This document shows positions 56,786 through 64,000 of a stretch of DNA of 64,000 nucleotides, piece by piece. Below the pieces are notes generated by a model, which ran no database searches, was not told the DNA's origin, and saw nothing but the letters and a program-made list of their open reading frames with translations. Position 1 is the first letter of the stretch, and every line of letters starts with the position of its first letter. Both the position numbers and the translations under genes were made by a program. The stretch lies in IMG/VR virus record IMGVR_UViG_3300044655_001017, one strand, 5' to 3'. This stretch comes from a virus. Lineage: Duplodnaviria; Caudoviricetes.

Positions 56786-58000
56786 ATGAACACAATTGAC
56801 AATCTGCTTCATTTTGTATTTCTTGAAGCTATGACAACCCCTCTGCCGTTCTCATCAAGAGATAACCGTACATTGCAAAGTTTACATACTGCAATGCAAA
56901 CTGATACATACATTACCGAAAAACAAGGTAATTTATTACTTCAAATAATAAGCAATGAAATTTACGCGCCATTTATGCTGTTAGCTAATGAACACTATGC
57001 AGATTATATCAATAACCCAGTATGGAAGAAATCATTTCGTATATTACCAGAGGTAAAACGAATATATCATATTCCTGCAGGATCTGACCAAATTAACATT
57101 AACTTGTTAAAAGAAAACTATACTGGTGTAATTGCAATTGATTTTACGTTTTCAAGTACGATTCGTAATGAATTAAAACCGCTGTCTGATGTGTTATGGC
57201 AAGTTAAATCCGGATCGTTATACTATGCAGATTTTACTGAATCTAATCTTGTAACTATTATACAATTATTAGATCCTTATAAGTTTGAAGTTGAACCAGA
57301 GTTACGAGATTACTACAACACAATTAGACTATGGGATAAACAAGATTTTAAAGATATGTATGATGTACACAAATTAGAACATACTAGATTTCAAACCCTT
57401 ATTTCAAAAGATTTAGAATCTAATGATTCCACCATCATAGTTGATAGACGACTAAGATATCAATATTCAACAACTGTTGAATGCCAGACTACTAATGAAT
57501 TAACTAAACAAATTGCAACCCGTGAAAAATCTAAAGTTTGGATTGATAGTAATACATATTCAATATCCAATGTAGTTGCATCATTAGTAGAGCTACAACG
57601 ATTTCCGTTATTAGTAGTATTTGAACAATCAACTGATTTTACAACCATAACACAGTTTAACGAGTTATCTCAGGCGCTAACTGATCACGGCATCACTGAT
57701 AACATTGGATTCCATTTTAGATTAGACAATACACCTGATGGAAAAATGTTTAATGACGGGATTGGAAAAAGACAGTATAATAGTGTACTAAACAATGATA
57801 CAAAGGTTGCAGCAGTACTTGGTGGTAAATTACCAAAATTCTTCCTTAAAGAAACTTGGAGACCAATGAGTGTTCTTTGTATTAAAAATACACTAAGACA
57901 TAGCAAAACTGCAGTGTATGCGAATAGCAGTGATTTAATCATATCGTATACGCACGTAGAACCAATTATAGAAACGAGGAACAAATGGGAGTCAAACTAA
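56786..58000 (+). CDS. Hypothetical protein (404 aa)
   Basis: Long ORF overlapping the uvsW start; no motif recognised. Confidence 0.7.
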   Translation: MNTIDNLLHFVFLEAMTTPLPFSSRDNRTLQSLHTAMQTDTYITEKQGNLLLQIISNEIYAPFMLLANEHYADYINNPVWKKSFRILPEVKRIYHIPAGSDQININLLKENYTGVIAIDFTFSSTIRNELKPLSDVLWQVKSGSLYYADFTESNLVTIIQLLDPYKFEVEPELRDYYNTIRLWDKQDFKDMYDVHKLEHTRFQTLISKDLESNDSTIIVDRRLRYQYSTTVECQTTNELTKQIATREKSKVWIDSNTYSISNVVASLVELQRFPLLVVFEQSTDFTTITQFNELSQALTDHGITDNIGFHFRLDNTPDGKMFNDGIGKRQYNSVLNNDTKVAAVLGGKLPKFFLKETWRPMSVLCIKNTLRHSKTAVYANSSDLIISYTHVEPIIETRNKWESN

Positions 58001-59448
58001 TTATAAAAGATGAAGTTAATATTAAGTTTGAACATTTACCATTAGATGCAAGGAAGAAGCTAGCAAGTGCATTCAAATACGAAGTGCCGTATGCTAGATA
58101 TCAACCTTCGTTTAAGTTGGGCAGATGGGATGGTACAGTTAGCTTATTTGGTATAGGCGGTACTGGTTACTTAAACAACTTAGAATCGATACTTGCAATA
58201 CTTAATAAGATGGGAGTTGCAATAGACGACATTGAAGATTTGCGTAAACCATTTAATTTAGATTTTACACCAATTACTGAAACATATTGGGCAGACTTAG
58301 GCAAAGTATGGCCAGTGGGACATAATGATGTTGGTAAGCCTATTATGTTAAGAGATTATCAAGTAGACGCTGTTAATAAGTTTTTACAACAACCCCAGGC
58401 ATTACAGGAAATCGCAACTGGCGCCGGAAAAACGATAACAACTGCTACACTAGCACATATATGCGAGTCACAAGGGCGTACAATAGTTATTGTACCAAAT
58501 AAAAGTTTAGTAGAACAAACTCATGAAGACTTCGTAAACGTTGATTTAGATGTAGGCATGTACTATGGTGATCGTAAAGATTTAAACAAAACACATACTA
58601 TTTGTACTTGGCAAAGCCTTAACATATTAGATAAGAAAAGTAAAAACTCAGAACACGATATTATAACATTAGCAGAATTTTTAGACGGTGTAGCAGCAGT
58701 AATTGTTGACGAGGTACACATGGCAAAAGCTGACGTATTAAAAAATTTACTTACTCACAACTTATGTAATGCACCAATTCGATGGGGGCTAACTGGTACA
58801 ATACCTAAAGAAAAGTTTGAATACGAACAAATATTTGCAAGTATAGGTCCTGTCATTGGCGGAATTAAGGCACACGAATTACAAGATGCAGGTGTGCTGT
58901 CAGCGTGCCATGTTAAGGTATTACAATTAATTGATTTGCCATCATTTAGATCTTATTCAGATGAAATAACATATCAAGTTACTAATAAAGATCGAATGAT
59001 GTTTATTAGCGATACTATTAAGACTATTGCAGAAACTGGCAATACGTTAGTGTTAGTTGGTAGAATTGAAAGTGGAAAATTGTTAATTGAAAATATTCCA
59101 GATGCAGTATTTGTATCAGGTAATGTAAAAACAAAAGATAGAAAAACAGAGTACGACGAAATTAAAACATCAACAAACAAAATTATCGTAGCAACATATG
59201 GGGTAGCAGCAGTAGGTATTAACATTCCAAGAATTTTTAATTTGGTGTTAATTGAATCGGGTAAAAGTTTTACACGAGTTATTCAAAGTATTGGTAGAGG
59301 AATTAGAAAGGCACATGATAAAGATTTTGTGCAAATTTATGACATTACTAGTACCTGCAAGTATGCTAAAAAACACTTAACAGAAAGAAAAAAATTCTAT
59401 AAAGATGCAAAATATGAATTTGAAATTAATAAGGTAGATTGGAAATGA
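57985..59448 (+). CDS. uvsW: Superfamily 2 DNA helicase UvsW
   Basis: LRDYQ, IATGAGKT, DEVH, GLTGT, GINIP, QSIGRGIRK. Confidence 0.95.
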   Translation: MGVKLIIKDEVNIKFEHLPLDARKKLASAFKYEVPYARYQPSFKLGRWDGTVSLFGIGGTGYLNNLESILAILNKMGVAIDDIEDLRKPFNLDFTPITETYWADLGKVWPVGHNDVGKPIMLRDYQVDAVNKFLQQPQALQEIATGAGKTITTATLAHICESQGRTIVIVPNKSLVEQTHEDFVNVDLDVGMYYGDRKDLNKTHTICTWQSLNILDKKSKNSEHDIITLAEFLDGVAAVIVDEVHMAKADVLKNLLTHNLCNAPIRWGLTGTIPKEKFEYEQIFASIGPVIGGIKAHELQDAGVLSACHVKVLQLIDLPSFRSYSDEITYQVTNKDRMMFISDTIKTIAETGNTLVLVGRIESGKLLIENIPDAVFVSGNVKTKDRKTEYDEIKTSTNKIIVATYGVAAVGINIPRIFNLVLIESGKSFTRVIQSIGRGIRKAHDKDFVQIYDITSTCKYAKKHLTERKKFYKDAKYEFEINKVDWK

Positions 59449-59951
59449 ATATTTTAACTGTAAATAACTACGCGTTTTCGTTAAACAATTTACCTGACGA
59501 AGTTGACGATAGTATGCAATTTAGTATATTAGATAACAGTAATCCGCAAGATCCGGATTTCTTTTTTATGCCATTAATTTATTTAGAATCGTTTAATGCA
59601 CCTGCGATTGTATTAAAAATTGGCAATGATGAAGTAACTATGCCAATTGATTGGTGTGTAGCAGTAGGCGACGGTAGTAGTGCTACAAATATTGAAATCA
59701 TTCCGTTAACTAGCTTAAATGATAGAGGATTTGATGCATTAGTGTTTAATCCAATATCTGATTTTAGAATTGAATTTAAAAAAATAGAAATTATAAATTT
59801 TTACAATGATGTTAAATGGTACTTTCCAAAAATGAAAGTAGGACATTTATTAACTACCCCATTACAATTAATTCATCAACCGGCGTGTTCATTTTTTGTA
59901 AAAGAAGTATCACGACATAGTGAGATGATTCATTTAGATAAGTTATTATAG
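59445..59951 (+). CDS. Hypothetical protein, possibly a degenerate Hint-like fold
   Basis: ATGA overlap with the uvsW stop; the fold guess rests on strand pattern only. Confidence 0.6.
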   Translation: MNILTVNNYAFSLNNLPDEVDDSMQFSILDNSNPQDPDFFFMPLIYLESFNAPAIVLKIGNDEVTMPIDWCVAVGDGSSATNIEIIPLTSLNDRGFDALVFNPISDFRIEFKKIEIINFYNDVKWYFPKMKVGHLLTTPLQLIHQPACSFFVKEVSRHSEMIHLDKLL

Positions 59952-59960
59952 GATTATATT

Positions 59961-60608
59961 ATGGCATTTAAAGTAGCATATTTTACACCAACTATTATTG
60001 CGGCGGATCAAGTTCCGCCTGTAGAATTTAGTAAATTATTTAATTTAGTAGAAGATTTACATAACCATCCGGAACTAAATGAACACGAAAATCCGTTTAT
60101 TAGTATTCGAGGAGGCCAGCATGTTCAAATATTTCCTGCTAGAATTGAATTAGATGTTGAATGGCTTAAAATATGGATTGAGAAAGTTTCACAAAACTAT
60201 ATGGATGTAGTATCAGAACAAACTGGTAGTACTGATTTTAAATTATGTAAACCGGTGGTTACTAATATTTGGACTACCCGTCAGTACGCTGGGCATTATC
60301 ATGAGATGCATACTCATTTAGGAAGTAATATTAGCGGTAACATTTACATTAGTGCCCCGCAGTTATCGGACACAGGTAACTTATCTGATGGTAAATTTGT
60401 TTTGAAATTACCACAGACAAAAGACATCTCTAGATTTATTATGCAAGACGCGTGGCAAACAGATCCAACACCTGGTACATTTGTGGTATTTCCAAGTTGT
60501 TTATCACACACCGTTTATCCATGGCAAGGTGATGGTCATAGAACTGTAGTGTCATTTGAAGCATCACTAGTTCCTATTGAAAATAACAATGACGAAGGTG
60601 ACGAATGA
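59961..60608 (+). CDS. Putative 2OG-Fe(II) oxygenase (TIGR02466-like)
   Basis: HEMHTH...ISGNIY, P.PGTFVVFPSCLSHTVYP....RTVVSF. Confidence 0.82.
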   Translation: MAFKVAYFTPTIIAADQVPPVEFSKLFNLVEDLHNHPELNEHENPFISIRGGQHVQIFPARIELDVEWLKIWIEKVSQNYMDVVSEQTGSTDFKLCKPVVTNIWTTRQYAGHYHEMHTHLGSNISGNIYISAPQLSDTGNLSDGKFVLKLPQTKDISRFIMQDAWQTDPTPGTFVVFPSCLSHTVYPWQGDGHRTVVSFEASLVPIENNNDEGDE

Positions 60609-61084
60609 GCAACAAAGTAGAACTAAAAGAAAAAATTAGTGCAGTTGATCTTAATATCCGTGAACTATGGGACGAGCTTGACGAAGAAAATCAAAAAGCT
60701 CTTAAAGGCGAACTATTCATTTTAAATAGGTACATTAGTAATGTTAAAACAAGTGATGGCGAAATACAATCAAAGTTTGTAATTGCAGTTAACGATTACT
60801 ATAATAAAAATTGGTTTTTATTACAGAAGCATCCTAAATTGTTATGGTTGCTATTATGTATGTGTAGTTACAATGGAGAAAAAACATTTTATCATGAATG
60901 GATTGGTAATAAGAAAAAAGACGGCAACGATAATAAAAAGATACAATTTTTAGCCGAATTAAACCCTAGTATGAAAATGTCTGAAGTTGAGATGCTAGTA
61001 AAAATAACACCTGCTAAAGACTTAAATAGGCTAGCTAAAGATTACGGATTTGAAGATAAAGACATTAAAAAGAAATTAAAATGA
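60605..61084 (+). CDS. gp62: Clamp loader small subunit (T4 gp62-like)
   Basis: FILNRYIS, VN..YN..WF.L.KHP.L.W.LLC, EWIG.KKK, LAELNP.MK..E pattern; replication context. Confidence 0.6.
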   Translation: MSNKVELKEKISAVDLNIRELWDELDEENQKALKGELFILNRYISNVKTSDGEIQSKFVIAVNDYYNKNWFLLQKHPKLLWLLLCMCSYNGEKTFYHEWIGNKKKDGNDNKKIQFLAELNPSMKMSEVEMLVKITPAKDLNRLAKDYGFEDKDIKKKLK

Positions 61085-61773
61085 TGAGTTTACAACCAAA
61101 GCCATTTGAATGTCAATACTGTAAGAGTAAATTTGTAAAAGAATCTACTCTTATGGTTCATGTCTGCGAATCAAAGCGCAGAGCGTTAGCACAAACAGAA
61201 AAGCACGTAGTAATTGGATATGAAACATATAACACGTTTTTTCAAAAGACACAAAATTTTTATGGTATGAAAACGTACGAAAACTTTTGCAAGAGTCCAT
61301 ATTATAATGCATTTGTTAAGTTTGGAAGTTTTGTTAGTAATGTAAAACCGTTATACCCTGATAAGTTTATTGTGTATGTAGTTACAAGCGGCACCAAGTT
61401 AGATCATTGGTGTAGAGACGACTTATACGATAGGTATGTAGTTGATCTAATTAAAACTGAATCTGTTGAAACTGCATTAGAACGTAGCATTAATCATATG
61501 ATTGAGTGGGGCGATACTAATAAAGCACAGTGGAATCATTACTTTTTGTATGTAAGTTTGAATAGGGCAATGTATGATATTAAAGACGGAAAGATAAGCC
61601 CGTGGCTGGTGTTAAATTCAAACTCGGGTAAGTTAATGATAAAAAAGTTTAATGACGAACAGTTGTCTGCAATAAGCAGTGTGTTAGATATACCATTTTG
61701 GATGCATAAATTTCATAAACTAGCAGCCGATGCAGAGCTTGTACGAACAGTGGTTAAGGAGAGTAGCATTTGA
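61081..61773 (+). CDS. Zinc-finger protein (N-terminal C2HC/C2H2-like finger)
   Basis: FECQYCKSKFVKESTLMVHVC. Confidence 0.7.
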   Translation: MMSLQPKPFECQYCKSKFVKESTLMVHVCESKRRALAQTEKHVVIGYETYNTFFQKTQNFYGMKTYENFCKSPYYNAFVKFGSFVSNVKPLYPDKFIVYVVTSGTKLDHWCRDDLYDRYVVDLIKTESVETALERSINHMIEWGDTNKAQWNHYFLYVSLNRAMYDIKDGKISPWLVLNSNSGKLMIKKFNDEQLSAISSVLDIPFWMHKFHKLAADAELVRTVVKESSI

Positions 61774-61827
61774 GCATAAATATTGAGGTTGAAACATTAC
61801 ATCTTTATCAATGGAGGTTCATTACCT

Positions 61828-62388
61828 ATGCCAGATGTAGACATTGATTTTGCTAATAGAGACCTGGCATTAGCAAAGTTAAAACATGTTACGGCATCTA
61901 TTAGTACTCAAAAAAAACACAATACAGGCATTTATTGTCACAATATTCCACACAATCCGTTAACTGGTGTGAGTACAATTGGCTATAAAGAAGCCGAAGA
62001 CAGAGGTTATTTTAAAATTGATTTTCTTAATGTTATGATATATAAAGATGTTAAGAACAACGATCATCTATTACATTTAATGGGAACTGAACCAATATGG
62101 GAACTATTACTTCAAGAAGACTTTGTAAATCTATTATTTCATATAAACGGGCACATAGATATTCTGAGACAGATGCAGCCGACTTCGGTGGAACAATTAG
62201 CTGCAGTCCTAGCAATGATAAGACCGGCGAAACGTTATTTGATTGGGAAAGAATGGACTACGGTGATGACAGAAATATGGGATCACACAGACACTGACGC
62301 TGGGTACGCGTTTCGCAAATCACATGCGATCGCGTATGCAATTGCAATTGTAGTGCAAATGAATTTAATTTGTGAACAATTAAATTAG
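61828..62388 (+). CDS. dnaE: Miniature DNA polymerase III alpha (DnaE, C-family)-like catalytic core, 186 aa
   Basis: GGAGG RBS at 61813; MPDVDIDF, HNTGIY, E..GYFKIDFL, P.SVEQLAAVLAMIRP and YAFRKSHAIAYA are collinear with the DnaE motifs. Confidence 0.8.
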   Translation: MPDVDIDFANRDLALAKLKHVTASISTQKKHNTGIYCHNIPHNPLTGVSTIGYKEAEDRGYFKIDFLNVMIYKDVKNNDHLLHLMGTEPIWELLLQEDFVNLLFHINGHIDILRQMQPTSVEQLAAVLAMIRPAKRYLIGKEWTTVMTEIWDHTDTDAGYAFRKSHAIAYAIAIVVQMNLICEQLN

Positions 62389-62759
62389 TGGGGTTTTCGA
62401 ACGAGTTGAACAGATTTACGTTTGACTCGTTTAATTGTTAGGTTCATTAAGTTAACAACTGGTCCTAATATAATGCGAGTATCTTTACTATTAAATGTTT
62501 TAATAGCGTATGCAAACGGTCGTATTTCTTCTCTGCAAAAAATTGAAATTGGAAATTGTCGATTTGATTCCCACCACCAAATTTCACCTATCTCTAAAAA
62601 TGCTGCTTTATCTGTAGCAGCTAATATTGCATTTAAGTCGTAGAAGCTTGTTACGTATTGATCTTGATTGATAATTATACCAACGTATTCATCATTTCCG
62701 TAATTAAGGACACTAATAAATGGTAAATTTTGTTCTATGTTATCTCTTAAGTTTGCCAT
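62385..62759 (-). CDS. Hypothetical protein (124 aa)
   Basis: Fills the gap between plus-strand genes; protein-like content (WWWESNRQFPISIF). Confidence 0.65.
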   Translation of the reverse strand: MANLRDNIEQNLPFISVLNYGNDEYVGIIINQDQYVTSFYDLNAILAATDKAAFLEIGEIWWWESNRQFPISIFCREEIRPFAYAIKTFNSKDTRIILGPVVNLMNLTIKRVKRKSVQLVRKPH

Positions 62760-62783
62760 AAATATATATAAAGGATATTGCCA

Positions 62784-63590
62784 ATGCAAAAAATATCAAG
62801 TTATTTATACCCAAATAGGATCGAACTTCTCATCGATCTGGCTGGATTTACAGTGGAGTTTACATCAGTGTATCAAAGAAACGTAAAAATTTATAATGGT
62901 ATTGATAATACCATTGAGTTCGATATTAAGAACGCAGATCAAAAACGAATTGACTTAACTACGTTAAGTACTATCGAATTAAACATCATGGATGTAACTG
63001 GTACTGCCCTGCCAAATAGTCCATATAAAGTTATTCCAATTACTGCAAAAAAAGGAATAGCGTATTCAACTATACCAGAAGAAGATTTAGTAGAGCTATC
63101 ATCTCAATATTTAAAATATAGCGTATCTGCTGTTAAAGACGGTATGGATGTTATGCTATATGCAGATACTCGATTTGGTGCAGTAGGTACTATTGAATTA
63201 GTAGGCGATGCGATGCCAACATTCCGTGATGAGATCGTCTATAACACGTTTACTGGTGAAATTGATTTTATGGGAAATGTTGTGCATCACACTAGTTCTA
63301 TTCCTTCTACATTTTACGAAGCAGTGCCGACTACTCAATTGTCATTTGAAATTTCAATTACTGGGTTTATTGGAAAAATATGGTTAGAAGGTACTACTGC
63401 TTCAACTATTAGCGTTAACTCTTACTTACACGCGCAAACGCTTGCATCACAATCTATACTAGTAGCAAGATCAACTCCTGTAGTGTTTAACAATATTGAT
63501 GTTGCATATTTTAAATACTTTAGAGTATTATATCAAGGTAACCACCCAATCAATCCAACCGGAACAGTTGACAAAGTGACTGTTTGGTAG
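62784..63590 (+). CDS. Hypothetical, probably virion structural protein
   Basis: AAGGA RBS; CATAAATA at 62757; beta-rich; YNGIDNTIEF.IKN.DQK motif. Confidence 0.55.
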   Translation: MQKISSYLYPNRIELLIDLAGFTVEFTSVYQRNVKIYNGIDNTIEFDIKNADQKRIDLTTLSTIELNIMDVTGTALPNSPYKVIPITAKKGIAYSTIPEEDLVELSSQYLKYSVSAVKDGMDVMLYADTRFGAVGTIELVGDAMPTFRDEIVYNTFTGEIDFMGNVVHHTSSIPSTFYEAVPTTQLSFEISITGFIGKIWLEGTTASTISVNSYLHAQTLASQSILVARSTPVVFNNIDVAYFKYFRVLYQGNHPINPTGTVDKVTVW

Positions 63591-63596
63591 TATAAT
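63568..63596 (+). promoter_or_regulatory. Perfect sigma70 promoter TTGACA-N17-TATAAT for primase, overlapping the 3' end of the upstream CDS
   Basis: TTGACA 63568-63573, TATAAT 63591-63596. Confidence 0.88.
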
Positions 63597-63620
63597 ATAC
63601 TTTTAAATTAAAACATTCCT

Positions 63621-64000
63621 ATGAACCTTATTACAGATACATTAATGATGTACTGGCAATCTGGTAGACGAACTAAAAAAACTCCAAGTGGATGGATAAC
63701 TGGCAACGCTCCTTGTTGCCAGGATACCCGATATCGTGGCGGATTTATTGTAAACGATGGCGATGCAGTTACATTTCACTGCTTCAATTGTAGCTTTAAA
63801 GCTAGTTGGCAACCAGGTCGGCACATTAGTAAAAATATGAAAGACTTTATGCGGTACTTGCATATGAGCGATTCTGAAATCTCTAAACTTAGTTTAGAAG
63901 CATTTCGATTAGAAGCATCAGAAACTCTTAGAGAAGAGCTGATGTTACCTACATTTGAAAATCGTACATTACCTATTGATGCGGCGCTAATAAGTTCATT
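63621..64000 (+). CDS. gp61: DNA primase (gp61-like) N-terminal zinc-binding domain, truncated by window end
   Basis: Frame is open to 64000; GW...NAPCC...RGG...FHCFNC.FKASW. Confidence 0.75.
   Translation, partial: MNLITDTLMMYWQSGRRTKKTPSGWITGNAPCCQDTRYRGGFIVNDGDAVTFHCFNCSFKASWQPGRHISKNMKDFMRYLHMSDSEISKLSLEAFRLEASETLREELMLPTFENRTLPIDAALISS

Noticed and set aside
61783-61827. 15-aa N-terminal extension of the mini-DnaE from the TTG start
   Set aside because: The GGAGG RBS at 61813-61817 lies inside it and fits ATG 61828.
1-64000. Stop-codon reassignment
   Set aside because: Conserved genes are full length in code 11, and TAA, TAG and TGA all end genes at sensible places. The terL break is explained by the intein.
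1-64000. tRNA or other structured ncRNA genes
   Set aside because: Intergenic gaps are nearly all under 100 nt and show only simple hairpins. A tRNAscan/Infernal run would be the definitive check.

Overview
This is a 64 kb segment of an AT-rich, T4-like myophage genome, probably a large or jumbo phage. It uses the standard genetic code and is nearly all on the + strand. 1-34.1 kb: a large bank of tail-fibre, baseplate and adhesin-like structural genes built from shared modules, ending in a 2OG-Fe(II) oxygenase and two dUTPase-fold-like paralogs. 34.1-47 kb: Nudix hydrolase, gp15 and gp14 (minus strand), then gp13, dNMP kinase, an enlarged tail sheath, tail tube, gp4 and a putative TerS. 47.1-49.9 kb: a terminase large subunit fractured into two genes by an atypically split intein, with a free-standing GIY-YIG endonuclease in the gap. 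49.9-53.7 kb: candidate internal-head proteins. 53.9-64 kb: replication/recombination genes (gp32 SSB, UvsX, UvsY, UvsW, gp62-like, primase 5' part). That block includes a 186-aa miniature DnaE-like (C-family) polymerase core that keeps all three catalytic Asp. T4-type late promoters (TAAATA core) and three sigma70-type promoters (two perfect consensus) are visible. I found no tRNA, CRISPR array, reverse transcriptase, portal or major capsid gene. All protein calls come from motif recognition by eye, without database searches.
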